Source: a virus (Duplodnaviria; Caudoviricetes). From it: a DNA stretch of 64,000 nt. The stretch spans positions 65,561 to 129,560 of the IMG/VR virus record IMGVR_UViG_3300013947_000024; one strand, given 5' to 3'. The notes under the pieces are model-generated. The model was not told where the DNA came from, ran no database searches, and was given only the letters and a program-made list of their open reading frames with translations. Positions within the stretch are counted from its first letter, which is position 1; each line of letters opens with the position of its first letter. Positions 55,782 to 64,000 of this stretch are shown in pieces. The translations under genes were made by a program, and so were the position numbers.

Positions 55782-58592
55782 ATGATTGTAGAGAAAGAAA
55801 AAATCGAAGAAGCAAAACTTAAGATCGGTGCGGAGAAAACATGGGACACCATGAAGAGAGTGTACGGTCTTACAAATACAGACGACAGAAATCATAAGGC
55901 TTGTTGCCCTTTTCATAATGAGAAAACCCCGTCGTTCATTCTGAATGAAAAGACGATGAAATGCAGATGCTTTGGGTGTTCTCGAAACGCAGATATTATC
56001 GACGCATATATGTATGAGGGCAAAACATATATGCAAGCTCTTGAGGAACTCTTCAAAGAAGCTAATATGAGAGTTAGCTTTGGAGAGGTCGGAGTAAAGA
56101 CAAAGAGAGACTACAAGTACCCACATCCCGACGATTGCGGAAGTAAAGACATTATCTATGAGTATCTCGCTAAGAGAAAGATTTCTAAAGAGACAGTAGA
56201 TAAAGCTGGTCTTACACAGGATGATAAAGGCAACATCGTATTTAACTACTACGACACAAATGATGTTTTGACGATGTGTAAGTACAGACCTTCTCATAAA
56301 ATCATTAAAGGGAAAGAGAACAAGAACTGGTGTCAGTATGGAGCTGATACAACGCCTCTTTTGTTCAATATGAACAAAGTTAACGCAAGTTTGCCACTGA
56401 TCTGTTGCGAGGGCGAATGCGTATTGGGCGATACGGAGGTCTTAACCCCAACTGGTTGGGTGAGATTGGACGCCTATAACAACGAAATGGTATTGCAGAT
56501 TCACCCTGATATGACAGGTTCCTTCGTTACGCCTCTTGCGTATGTAAAGCATGAGTATGACGGCGATATGTATAGCGAGTGGAAGAAGAACTATTCTATC
56601 GAAGTCACTGCTAATCATAACATGGTGTATCTTGATAAAGACGGAGCGCCATATAAAAAGAAGGCGTGCGAAGCAAGATATGGAAGAGACGCTACTGTCC
56701 CTACCGTCACTCATGTTAATGGTACTGGTATTCCTCTGAATAACGAACAGATTGCGTTGTATCTTGCTGTCAGCGCTGATTGTACAATTGATGTTCGTAA
56801 GTCTGGTATTAGATATTCTCGATTCTCGGTTAAAAAGACAAGAAAATACCAGAGGATTAAGTCAATCTTAAATTCTCTGAATATTGAATACTTTGACAAC
56901 CCCAAGACGCCAGACGGGTATTATTATATCGGGTTTAGAACTCCCGTGTGGCTGGAAAGTAAACTGCTCCCTATGGAATGGCTTGGTAGCGCCACCGAAG
57001 AACAGAGAAGGTTCATCATCGAAGAGATGGTTCATTGGGATGGCAATACCGTTCCTAACAGGGCGCAGTATGAATATTCGTCTAAAGAATATCATAACGC
57101 AGTATTCATGCAGACAATCGCACATACTTGCGGTTATCATGCCACAATCATTCGTCGTCATAACGCGCATGGTTCTTGGTATAAGGTTGCTGTTTTGCTG
57201 AAGAAGAATCATGTATCGCACCAGAAGCCGTATCATGTAGAGCACTATAATGGAATGGTGTATTGCGTTACCGTCCCTACTGGCATGATTCTTGTGCGAC
57301 ATCATGAGCACATCTCCGTCACTGGTAACTGCGATACCCTCGCCGCAATCGAGGCTGGCTTCCCTAACGCGGTGTCCGTCCCCTTCGGATCGCAGAACAC
57401 ACAGTGGATTGAGCATAACTGGGATTGGCTTGAACAATTCAGTGAAATCATAATCTGTTCTGATAATGATGAAGCTGGTGTCAAGATGAGAAAAGAAGTC
57501 ATTCCTCGACTTGGTGCATGGAGAACAAAGTATATTGACATCCCCAAAGTCCATCATGACGAAGCCACTGGAAAAGATTATCCCATGAAGGACTTAAATG
57601 AGGTTCTTTTCTACGAGGGGAAAGAAGGGGTTAGAAAGCTCTTTGATTCTGCTTGTGATCCTGGAGTACCTTCCGTTACGAATGTTTCCGATATTCACGA
57701 CATGGACTTGGACGAGGTGGATGGTGTAACGACGGGAATTTCAGAAATTGACCGCGATCTCATGCGACTTTTTTATGGCACTTTGACTATTCTATCTGGG
57801 AAGGCGGGCGGAGGAAAGACATCCTTCCTTTCACAAGTCTTCTGCCATGCTATGGATGAAGGCAAACCTGTATGGATGTTCAGCCGAGAAATGCCCGACT
57901 GGATGCAGAAAAACTGGTTTAACTACATTCTTGCTGGCGGGCACCATATCACTGTGCAAAAGACTTCTACGGGAACAGAGTATTACAAGGTTGCTAACGA
58001 CGCAAAGGAAGCAATAGACAAGTATTATAATAATCAGTGGTTCCTTTACAGAGACGAGTGGAGCAATAAGATAGACGATGTTCTTGCCTCTATGGAAGAC
58101 AGTGTGAGAAAGTATGGAGCCAAACTTCTTATTATCGACAATTTGATGATGTTGGATTTAGGAGGAAGCGATGACGCAAAGAACGAGAGACAGACAGAAT
58201 GTGTTACACGTCTTATTAAGTTTGCTATGAAGTATTCTGTTGCTGTTGTCCTTGTTGCTCATCCTCGTAAGACACCAGCGGGAGAAGAGCTTAATATGTA
58301 CGATGTAGCGGGTTCAAGTAATATCATCAACCTTGCTCATCGTGCTATCGGATTGCGTAGAATTAATCAGGAGAAGGAGCATAGCGCATATAATGTAAAA
58401 GTCACCATTCTTAAGGATAGATTAAGAGGAATGGCGAACAAAGAAATCAATATGTACTATGATATGGCTTCTCGTAGATTCTATACAAACGAAGAAGAAT
58501 ATAATCATCAGTACGGATGGGATAATGGGCATTATGATGCTCTTCCTTATCCGCATAGCGATGAAGATGAAATTTTTGGAGAGGAGAAATGA
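55782..58592 (+). CDS. DNA primase-helicase (CHC2 Zn finger + Toprim + SF4 helicase) with intein
   Basis: CPFHNEKTPSF..CFGC, EGE|CD, DNDEAG, KDLNE, GKAGGGKT, IIDNL, VAHPRK. Confidence 0.95.
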   Translation: MIVEKEKIEEAKLKIGAEKTWDTMKRVYGLTNTDDRNHKACCPFHNEKTPSFILNEKTMKCRCFGCSRNADIIDAYMYEGKTYMQALEELFKEANMRVSFGEVGVKTKRDYKYPHPDDCGSKDIIYEYLAKRKISKETVDKAGLTQDDKGNIVFNYYDTNDVLTMCKYRPSHKIIKGKENKNWCQYGADTTPLLFNMNKVNASLPLICCEGECVLGDTEVLTPTGWVRLDAYNNEMVLQIHPDMTGSFVTPLAYVKHEYDGDMYSEWKKNYSIEVTANHNMVYLDKDGAPYKKKACEARYGRDATVPTVTHVNGTGIPLNNEQIALYLAVSADCTIDVRKSGIRYSRFSVKKTRKYQRIKSILNSLNIEYFDNPKTPDGYYYIGFRTPVWLESKLLPMEWLGSATEEQRRFIIEEMVHWDGNTVPNRAQYEYSSKEYHNAVFMQTIAHTCGYHATIIRRHNAHGSWYKVAVLLKKNHVSHQKPYHVEHYNGMVYCVTVPTGMILVRHHEHISVTGNCDTLAAIEAGFPNAVSVPFGSQNTQWIEHNWDWLEQFSEIIICSDNDEAGVKMRKEVIPRLGAWRTKYIDIPKVHHDEATGKDYPMKDLNEVLFYEGKEGVRKLFDSACDPGVPSVTNVSDIHDMDLDEVDGVTTGISEIDRDLMRLFYGTLTILSGKAGGGKTSFLSQVFCHAMDEGKPVWMFSREMPDWMQKNWFNYILAGGHHITVQKTSTGTEYYKVANDAKEAIDKYYNNQWFLYRDEWSNKIDDVLASMEDSVRKYGAKLLIIDNLMMLDLGGSDDAKNERQTECVTRLIKFAMKYSVAVVLVAHPRKTPAGEELNMYDVAGSSNIINLAHRAIGLRRINQEKEHSAYNVKVTILKDRLRGMANKEINMYYDMASRRFYTNEEEYNHQYGWDNGHYDALPYPHSDEDEIFGEEK
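56418..57329 (+). mobile_element. Intein with LAGLIDADG-type endonuclease (304 aa)
   Basis: Starts CVLGDTEVLT, block B VTANH, ends VYCVTVP...VTGN|C. Confidence 0.93.
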
Positions 58593-58945
58593 GAATGGAA
58601 TTTACGAATGAGGATATTTTGAGAATGGTAGGTCAGCTTGCACACTTTGGCGCGGGCACTATGGACGGGCGTCCTATCATCCCGACGAACTGGTTTGATA
58701 TGAGCAAAAACGATTTGAAGGAGTTTTGCAATGCTCTGATGAAGAAACCTATGTTTCGGCTGAGTAGTGGGCGCTTGGTTGTAGTCTTATCCGATATGAG
58801 AGATGCGTTTTTTGTATCGTATGCAATGGCTTCCTCGGGGTATGATCCGTCATTGCGCGCGGCTCCAAGGTCATTATACTATGTGGCATTCGAGAAAGCA
58901 AGTAGCGATGAAAAAGGTGAAAATCCACATGATCTCGGCGAATGA
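58589..58945 (+). CDS. Hypothetical protein
   Basis: Coupled to the primase stop codon; RBS gaggag. Confidence 0.5.
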   Translation: MRMEFTNEDILRMVGQLAHFGAGTMDGRPIIPTNWFDMSKNDLKEFCNALMKKPMFRLSSGRLVVVLSDMRDAFFVSYAMASSGYDPSLRAAPRSLYYVAFEKASSDEKGENPHDLGE

Positions 58946-59342
58946 TGCAAGAGCTGGTTCTGATAGCTTTGCAGAAAAGACGAGTGTTCAGGCGATCTAC
59001 ACCGCCATCGAGCCAGAGTTAATGAAAACGATTGAAGAAGAGATTCGTCTTGCAATGACGAATGGTGACACGAGAACCCAAATCAACTACGGGAGAAAAG
59101 TTGAGGAACTAATCGAAGAATATCTTTCCACCAACAACATTTACAGAACATGGGATGTAAAATGGAACTTAATGAAAAGCGGAGATTTTCGCAGAATCGA
59201 CAAAACAATAGAGGTTGTGTTGCAGTCATTGGGTTATCAGGCGTCTTTTGCCGAGCGTGTGTGGAAAAGGTTTAATGATGATGGTGATGTTATATATCGC
59301 CATACAAAGTGGCTCAACATATCATGGGCAAACAAAGAATAA
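58929..59342 (+). CDS. Hypothetical protein (MIxA.EAR...GY...ISW family)
   Basis: Paralog of the next gene. Confidence 0.55.
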   Translation: MISANDARAGSDSFAEKTSVQAIYTAIEPELMKTIEEEIRLAMTNGDTRTQINYGRKVEELIEEYLSTNNIYRTWDVKWNLMKSGDFRRIDKTIEVVLQSLGYQASFAERVWKRFNDDGDVIYRHTKWLNISWANKE

Positions 59343-59374
59343 TGAAAAAGAAAATACAAAAGGAGAAAAACAAA

Positions 59375-60163
59375 ATGATTACAGCAAAAGAAGCAAAAGG
59401 AAATGTGAAGGAAGCACTTGACAGATTCAAGGGAGGGGTTACTGAGGATGTAGCCATAGGTTTTGTTCTTCCACGACTTGAGATTGTGTACGATCAGTAT
59501 ATCCGTCAATACAGCAACGGAGGACACACATCTTTCCGCGACGTCCTCAGAGGAAAGATTGAGAATTCTCTTCGTGAGTGTTTTCAGATTAACGGAGGTG
59601 CCTTCATCAAATGTCCGGAAGATTATCAAAAACATCTTATAGATACAATCCGTGATCGGTTCGTGAATGACCTTCTGCTCCATGGGTATATTGCTCAATG
59701 TTGTCATTATTCGGGGCATTGGTTAGACGAGGATGAAATTGAGGTTATGTGGAGTGGTGGACACGAGTCGTTGTGTGACAACAAAACGATGATTACTGCG
59801 TGCGAAGCAAGAGAGATTGTAGACCACGCAATGTTTCGTGATGGCAATATTGCAGACAAACGGGCTTTTGTTTTACTTGTTAGATCGAACCTTATGAACA
59901 GACTTGATAAAAAAATTACCGATTGTAGTAATGCTGGAGAGACATATTGTTGGGTTAGCACACAGTGCACCATTGAATATGAGGTCAAAGAAGCGTTTCG
60001 CAGTGCTGGGGAGCGTATTGTGAGCAGGAAGCAATTTGAGGATCTCGTAAAGCTCTCCGCTGACGACATTGTATCTTTTCTGCAAAACATCGGATATGAC
60101 GCTGAGATTCGTAAGGGTGGCATCTCTGACGAGCTGTGTATCTCTTGGGGAGATAAAGAGTAA
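59375..60163 (+). CDS. Hypothetical protein with two MITA.EA...GY...W repeats
   Basis: RBS aggag before ATG 59375; internal duplication. Confidence 0.55.
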   Translation: MITAKEAKGNVKEALDRFKGGVTEDVAIGFVLPRLEIVYDQYIRQYSNGGHTSFRDVLRGKIENSLRECFQINGGAFIKCPEDYQKHLIDTIRDRFVNDLLLHGYIAQCCHYSGHWLDEDEIEVMWSGGHESLCDNKTMITACEAREIVDHAMFRDGNIADKRAFVLLVRSNLMNRLDKKITDCSNAGETYCWVSTQCTIEYEVKEAFRSAGERIVSRKQFEDLVKLSADDIVSFLQNIGYDAEIRKGGISDELCISWGDKE

Positions 60164-60173
60164 ATAGCTGAAC

Positions 60174-60246
60174 AACGACCATGAGAAAATTTCTTGTGGT
60201 CGTTTTCTTAAAAGTAGTTGACTTTTAGAATCTGTTGTGCTACAAT
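60174..60246 (+). promoter_or_regulatory. Terminator + early SigA promoter cassette
   Basis: aacgaccatgaga/tcttgtggtcgtt, then AAAGTAG-TTGACT-N17(TG)-TACAAT. Confidence 0.85.
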
Positions 60247-60277
60247 AGAGACATCAAACGAACGGAGGATTATCAAA

Positions 60278-60541
60278 ATGATTATCGACCTTATTCTTGA
60301 CAGAAAATACGATGATAATAACGGGTATAAAAACTCTTACAATGCAAGAGAATTCTATCATCGCGTTCTTGACTACTATGACATTGCTCCTGAAAATGTA
60401 GACGACATCACATCTGCTATGGATAGCGGTACAGAAGAAGATGTGAGGACGGCGCTGAAGAATTACATTGACGACCAAGAATACAATGCGACCATCAAAG
60501 ATTACATTGATTCTGTTGATTGGCTCGGAGAGGAGAATTAA
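60278..60541 (+). CDS. Hypothetical early protein
   Basis: RBS ggagg; MIIDLILDRK. Confidence 0.6.
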   Translation: MIIDLILDRKYDDNNGYKNSYNAREFYHRVLDYYDIAPENVDDITSAMDSGTEEDVRTALKNYIDDQEYNATIKDYIDSVDWLGEEN

Positions 60542-60543
60542 AC

Positions 60544-61227
60544 ATGGAAGCGAAAAAGGTTTATGAAATGTTGCTTGACATTAAGAGCAAGATGACTTCA
60601 TATGATGTTAGGTATATCGACACATGTATTAAAGATGCGCCATTTCGCGGGGATACCAACTTTTGCGAGTCTTTTGCTCATGCTCTGTATGTTGTGAGGA
60701 ATGAAATGCTTGCAGAAGAGTCCAAGAAGGCTGGCAGAACAAAAGAGCAGACCGCTATGTCGAGAATCCTTAAGAACGCGTGCAGAGAAGAGCTTAAATA
60801 TGCTTGGTACGACAAGAACAGACTTTGCGTATGTGACGGATATTCTTTCGTCATCAAGTCTAAGAATGACGGTATTGCGCTCCCTACGACTGACAAGCCA
60901 TTTATCGACAATGTGGATGATTTTCTGAAAAAGAATATGGAGTGTGATCGTACGCTCGCCGAAACGCCTGATCTTGCAAAGCTGAAGGTCTACCATAGCG
61001 AGCGGAAGAAGCTGACAGAAGAGAGAGATATCGCGTATTGTTTTGGAAACGGCGTCCATGTGCAAGTGAAATACCTCATCAACATGCTTGAAGCGATGGG
61101 TAAGAATTGCGAAGTATATATCGGCGGACCGTTTCAGTCAGTCAAATTCGTTAATGATACTGGTATTGGTTATCTTATGCCTATCAGAGCAAAAGACGGA
61201 GAGAACGCTCCGAGGACAGAGCTTTGA
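60544..61227 (+). CDS. Beta sliding-clamp-like protein (partial)
   Basis: VCDGY (cf. ATDGH), V.VKYL..ML, C-terminal LMPIR; adjacent to dnaE. Confidence 0.5.
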   Translation: MEAKKVYEMLLDIKSKMTSYDVRYIDTCIKDAPFRGDTNFCESFAHALYVVRNEMLAEESKKAGRTKEQTAMSRILKNACREELKYAWYDKNRLCVCDGYSFVIKSKNDGIALPTTDKPFIDNVDDFLKKNMECDRTLAETPDLAKLKVYHSERKKLTEERDIAYCFGNGVHVQVKYLINMLEAMGKNCEVYIGGPFQSVKFVNDTGIGYLMPIRAKDGENAPRTEL

Positions 61228-61236
61228 GGTTAGCCC

Positions 61237-62224
61237 ATGAGCAATAACTACACACCGTATCATGTGCATACGGATTACTCCCTGCTTGATAGCTCGACGC
61301 GCTATGACGAGTATGTGCAAAAGGCGGTTGAGCAGGGAATGAAAGCCATCGCCTTTTCAGAGCATGGCAAAATATCTGGGTGGGTGAAGAAAAAGAATTG
61401 CTGTGACGAGCATGGCATTAAATACATTCACGCAGTAGAGATTTATCTAACAGAAAAACTTGAACCAAAGGTCAGAGATAATTATCACACCGTTCTTATT
61501 GCAAGAAACTATAAGGGCGTGCAGGAAATCAACTCTATCGTGTCAAAGTCTTTTAATCCCGACCATTTCTATTACGCAAACAGAATCACATTCCAAGAGT
61601 TTTTATCTCTTTCTAATAATGTGATTACGACCTCTGCCTGTCTTGCATCTCCTTTGAATAAACTTGATGTCACGCACCCGCTGTACAAGAAGCTTGTTGA
61701 GCGTTATGACTATCTTGAAATTCAGCCACATAAAGACGGAGAGCAAGTGAAATTCAATCAACATCTCGCTATGTTGGCAGAGGAATACAAGAAACCTCTT
61801 ATTGCGGGGACAGATACTCATAGCCTGAACCAATACAAAGCAGAGTGCCGAAAAATCCTCCTTGCATATAAGAAACAGTCATACGGTAACGAAGATAATT
61901 TTGATCTAACATGGAAGTCTTACGACGAGCTTGTCAACGCCTTTGAAGAGCAGGGAGCACTCCCGAGCAATCTTTATATGGAGGCAATTGAAAATACCAA
62001 CCGCATGGCTGATATGGTTGAAGACTGGTCGCTGGATTGCTCTCTGAAATATCCTATTCTTTATAAGGATAGGCAAGAAGATGAAGAGAAACTTATCGAA
62101 ACGACTGGACGAAAGTTTGAGGAGAAGGTTAAGAACGGAATCATTACTCCCGAGCAAGTACAACCGTTCAGAGAAGCGATCGACGAAGAAATGCGAGTCT
62201 TCAAGAAGATTCAGATGATGGGGT
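61237..62224 (+). CDS. dnaE: DNA polymerase III alpha subunit, exon 1 (PHP domain)
   Basis: YHVHTDYSLLDS, SEHG, TSACL, YLEIQPH, TDTH. Confidence 0.95.
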
Positions 62225-63089
62225 TGGCAAGAATAGCTCCCGTAGCGTGAGAACGCTATGTAAAAATATCCATTGAACTGCTGGGAAACCCTTATAGCCA
62301 TCATACCAAAGCAGAGTGGCGAACAGTCACAGATGTCACGGTTTGAAAAGTTGATGGATTGGGCAATCAGCAACCAAGCCTCGAATAGAGGAAGGCTCAA
62401 CGACTATCCCAAGAGGAGTAGCTCGCAAGCGTGGGCGAAGTGGTGGACTCCTGTTAGAACAGGATGAAGATATAGTCTGCTCACATATGAAAGTATGTGC
62501 GATGAAAAATCGGTGTCGTTTAGCGAACGAATTTGTTGTGTGTTAGGAATAGAAGATGCCAAAAGCAAAGAATTTAATTGGTGAAAGGTTTGGTCGCCTT
62601 ACAGTAATTGAAAAATCAGATAGCAAAGATAAGCACGGGTATACAGTTTGGATATGCCGTTGCGATTGCGGGAATATCACACAAGCTCTATACAACTCCT
62701 TAAAATCTGGCAACACAAAGTCTTGTGGTTGCTTGCAACGCGAAAGAACAATTCAGACAAATTACACTCATGGTTGTTGTAATGAAAGACTTTACAATGT
62801 CTGGCAATCAATGAAGCAAAGATGTGCCAACCCAAATCGACCAAAGTATAAAGATTATGGTGGAAGAGGAATTAGAGTTTGTGACGAATGGCAAACATAC
62901 AAGCCATTCCGCGAATGGGCGTACGCTAATGGCTACGACGAAAATGCAAAATATGGCGAGTGCACTATCGACCGTATAGATGTTAATGGTAATTACGGAC
63001 CTTCTAATTGCAGATGGTGTAATTCCATAGAACAAAATAACAACAGAAGAAATTCAAAACACACACAACAATAAACACAAACAAATAGG
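62225..63089 (+). mobile_element. Group I intron
   Basis: Exon ends in U, intron ends in G; P1 ggggtt/agctcc; P aactgctgggaa, Q aatcagca, P7 gactat/atagtc. Splicing gives MMG-F-MLSM. Confidence 0.93.
62556..63074 (+). CDS. Intron-encoded HNH homing endonuclease
   Basis: G.RFGRL.V, W.C.CDCG, SCGC, YGGRGI.VC.EW, TIDRID.NGNY.P.NCRW....QN.N. Confidence 0.92.
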   Translation: MPKAKNLIGERFGRLTVIEKSDSKDKHGYTVWICRCDCGNITQALYNSLKSGNTKSCGCLQRERTIQTNYTHGCCNERLYNVWQSMKQRCANPNRPKYKDYGGRGIRVCDEWQTYKPFREWAYANGYDENAKYGECTIDRIDVNGNYGPSNCRWCNSIEQNNNRRNSKHTQQ

Positions 63090-64000
63090 TTATGCTATCC
63101 ATGTCAGAACTTCTTTCATGGTGTAGAGAAAACGGAATTGTTACAGGACCTGCGCGTGGTTCTGTTGGAGGAAGTAGAGTCGCTTATATTACAGATATTA
63201 TTGACTTAAACCCTGAAACATGGCATACAGTATTCTCTCGGTTCGCCAATGAGGACAGAGTTGAGGTCGGCGATATTGATGTCGATGTTATCGAATCTGA
63301 CCGCCCTCGCATCTTTGAACATATCAAGGCAAGGTTCGGTGTAGATAAAACCGCAAGAGTCGCGTCTTTTGGAACAATTGCTGATAAGGGCGCTATTGAT
63401 GTCATCGTCGGCGGATTGAGAGAAGCATATAAGAAGCAACATCAATGTGGAGACAATGACACGCCTTATACTCTTAAATTTGCAGACGAGATTAAAAACG
63501 CCTATGCGGAAGATCCAGATAAAGCAAAAGAGAAGTATAAAGAAGTCTTCTATTATTTCGATGGACTTCTCGGTTGTAAGGTATCACAGTCTGTGCACCC
63601 AGCGGGAATGGTTATCGCTCCTATTACTCTTGCTGATAACTATGGAGTATTTGATAAAGAAGGCGATCTTTGCTTGTTCTTGGATATGGACGAGGCGCAT
63701 CATGTCGGTCTTGTTAAATACGACTTCCTCGTCTTAAAGACAGTCGGAATGATTAAGAGTATTTGCGCAAACGCTGGAATTCCATTTCCCAAGAGCCATG
63801 AGGTCAATTGGAATGACCAAAAGGTTTGGGAAGATATGACGAAAGATCCTGTAGGAATCTTTCAAATGGAAAGCGCCTTTAGTTTCGAGCTTCTAACGAA
63901 ATTCAAGCCAAAATCAATTTTTGACTTATCGCTTGTAACAGCGGCGGTTTTACCCCCTGGCGCAGCAAAAAAAGATGATTTTTGTGCTCATAAAAAACAA
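63090..64000 (+). CDS. dnaE: DNA polymerase III alpha subunit, exon 2 (runs off window)
   Basis: GPARGSVGGS, FSRF, DIDVD, HPAG, KYDFL.L, GIFQME. Confidence 0.95.

Noticed and set aside
63940-64000. Divergent DnaE residues at the window end (VLPPGAAKKDD instead of an IRPxG-like motif)
   Set aside because: Likely low-quality contig-end sequence rather than biology.
1-64000. Stop-codon reassignment, diversity-generating retroelement, integrase
   Set aside because: Genes are full-length in code 11, there is no suppressor tRNA with a normal loop, and no reverse transcriptase or recombinase motifs were seen.

Overview
This window is part of a large lytic T4-like myovirus genome, and essentially all genes are on the + strand in the standard code. 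The host is probably a Firmicute (Clostridia-like), judging from SigA promoters with extended -10 elements, strong GGAGG RBSs and an HPr-like gene. Bases 1-28.7 kb are the virion module: scaffold, gp23-like major capsid protein, neck proteins, acidic internal-head proteins, sheath, tube, tail chaperone with a likely programmed frameshift, tape measure and baseplate. Bases 28.7-55 kb are an early/accessory region of repeated terminator+promoter cassettes. It carries a helicase, DNA methyltransferase, deaminase, macrodomain protein, thyX, folD, an HPr-like protein, three IS200/IS605 (TnpB) elements and a dense tRNA/ncRNA cluster. Bases 55-64 kb are a replication module: sigma-like protein, intein-containing primase-helicase, clamp-like protein and dnaE split by a group I intron with an HNH gene. 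The most striking unexplained element is a stand-alone, miniaturised TnpB omegaRNA-like scaffold after the tail tube gene. It keeps a compensated pseudoknot, has lost the transposon end hairpin, and its short guide begins with the same 6 nt as the left end of a resident IS605, suggesting a domesticated, possibly anti-transposon guide. Other highlights are a 19-bp-periodic ACGT array bracketed by inverted repeats, anticodon-less tRNA-like RNAs, and a family of putative capsid cargo proteins tagged with L-x-E protease sites. All assignments come from reading motifs by eye; no database searches were run.
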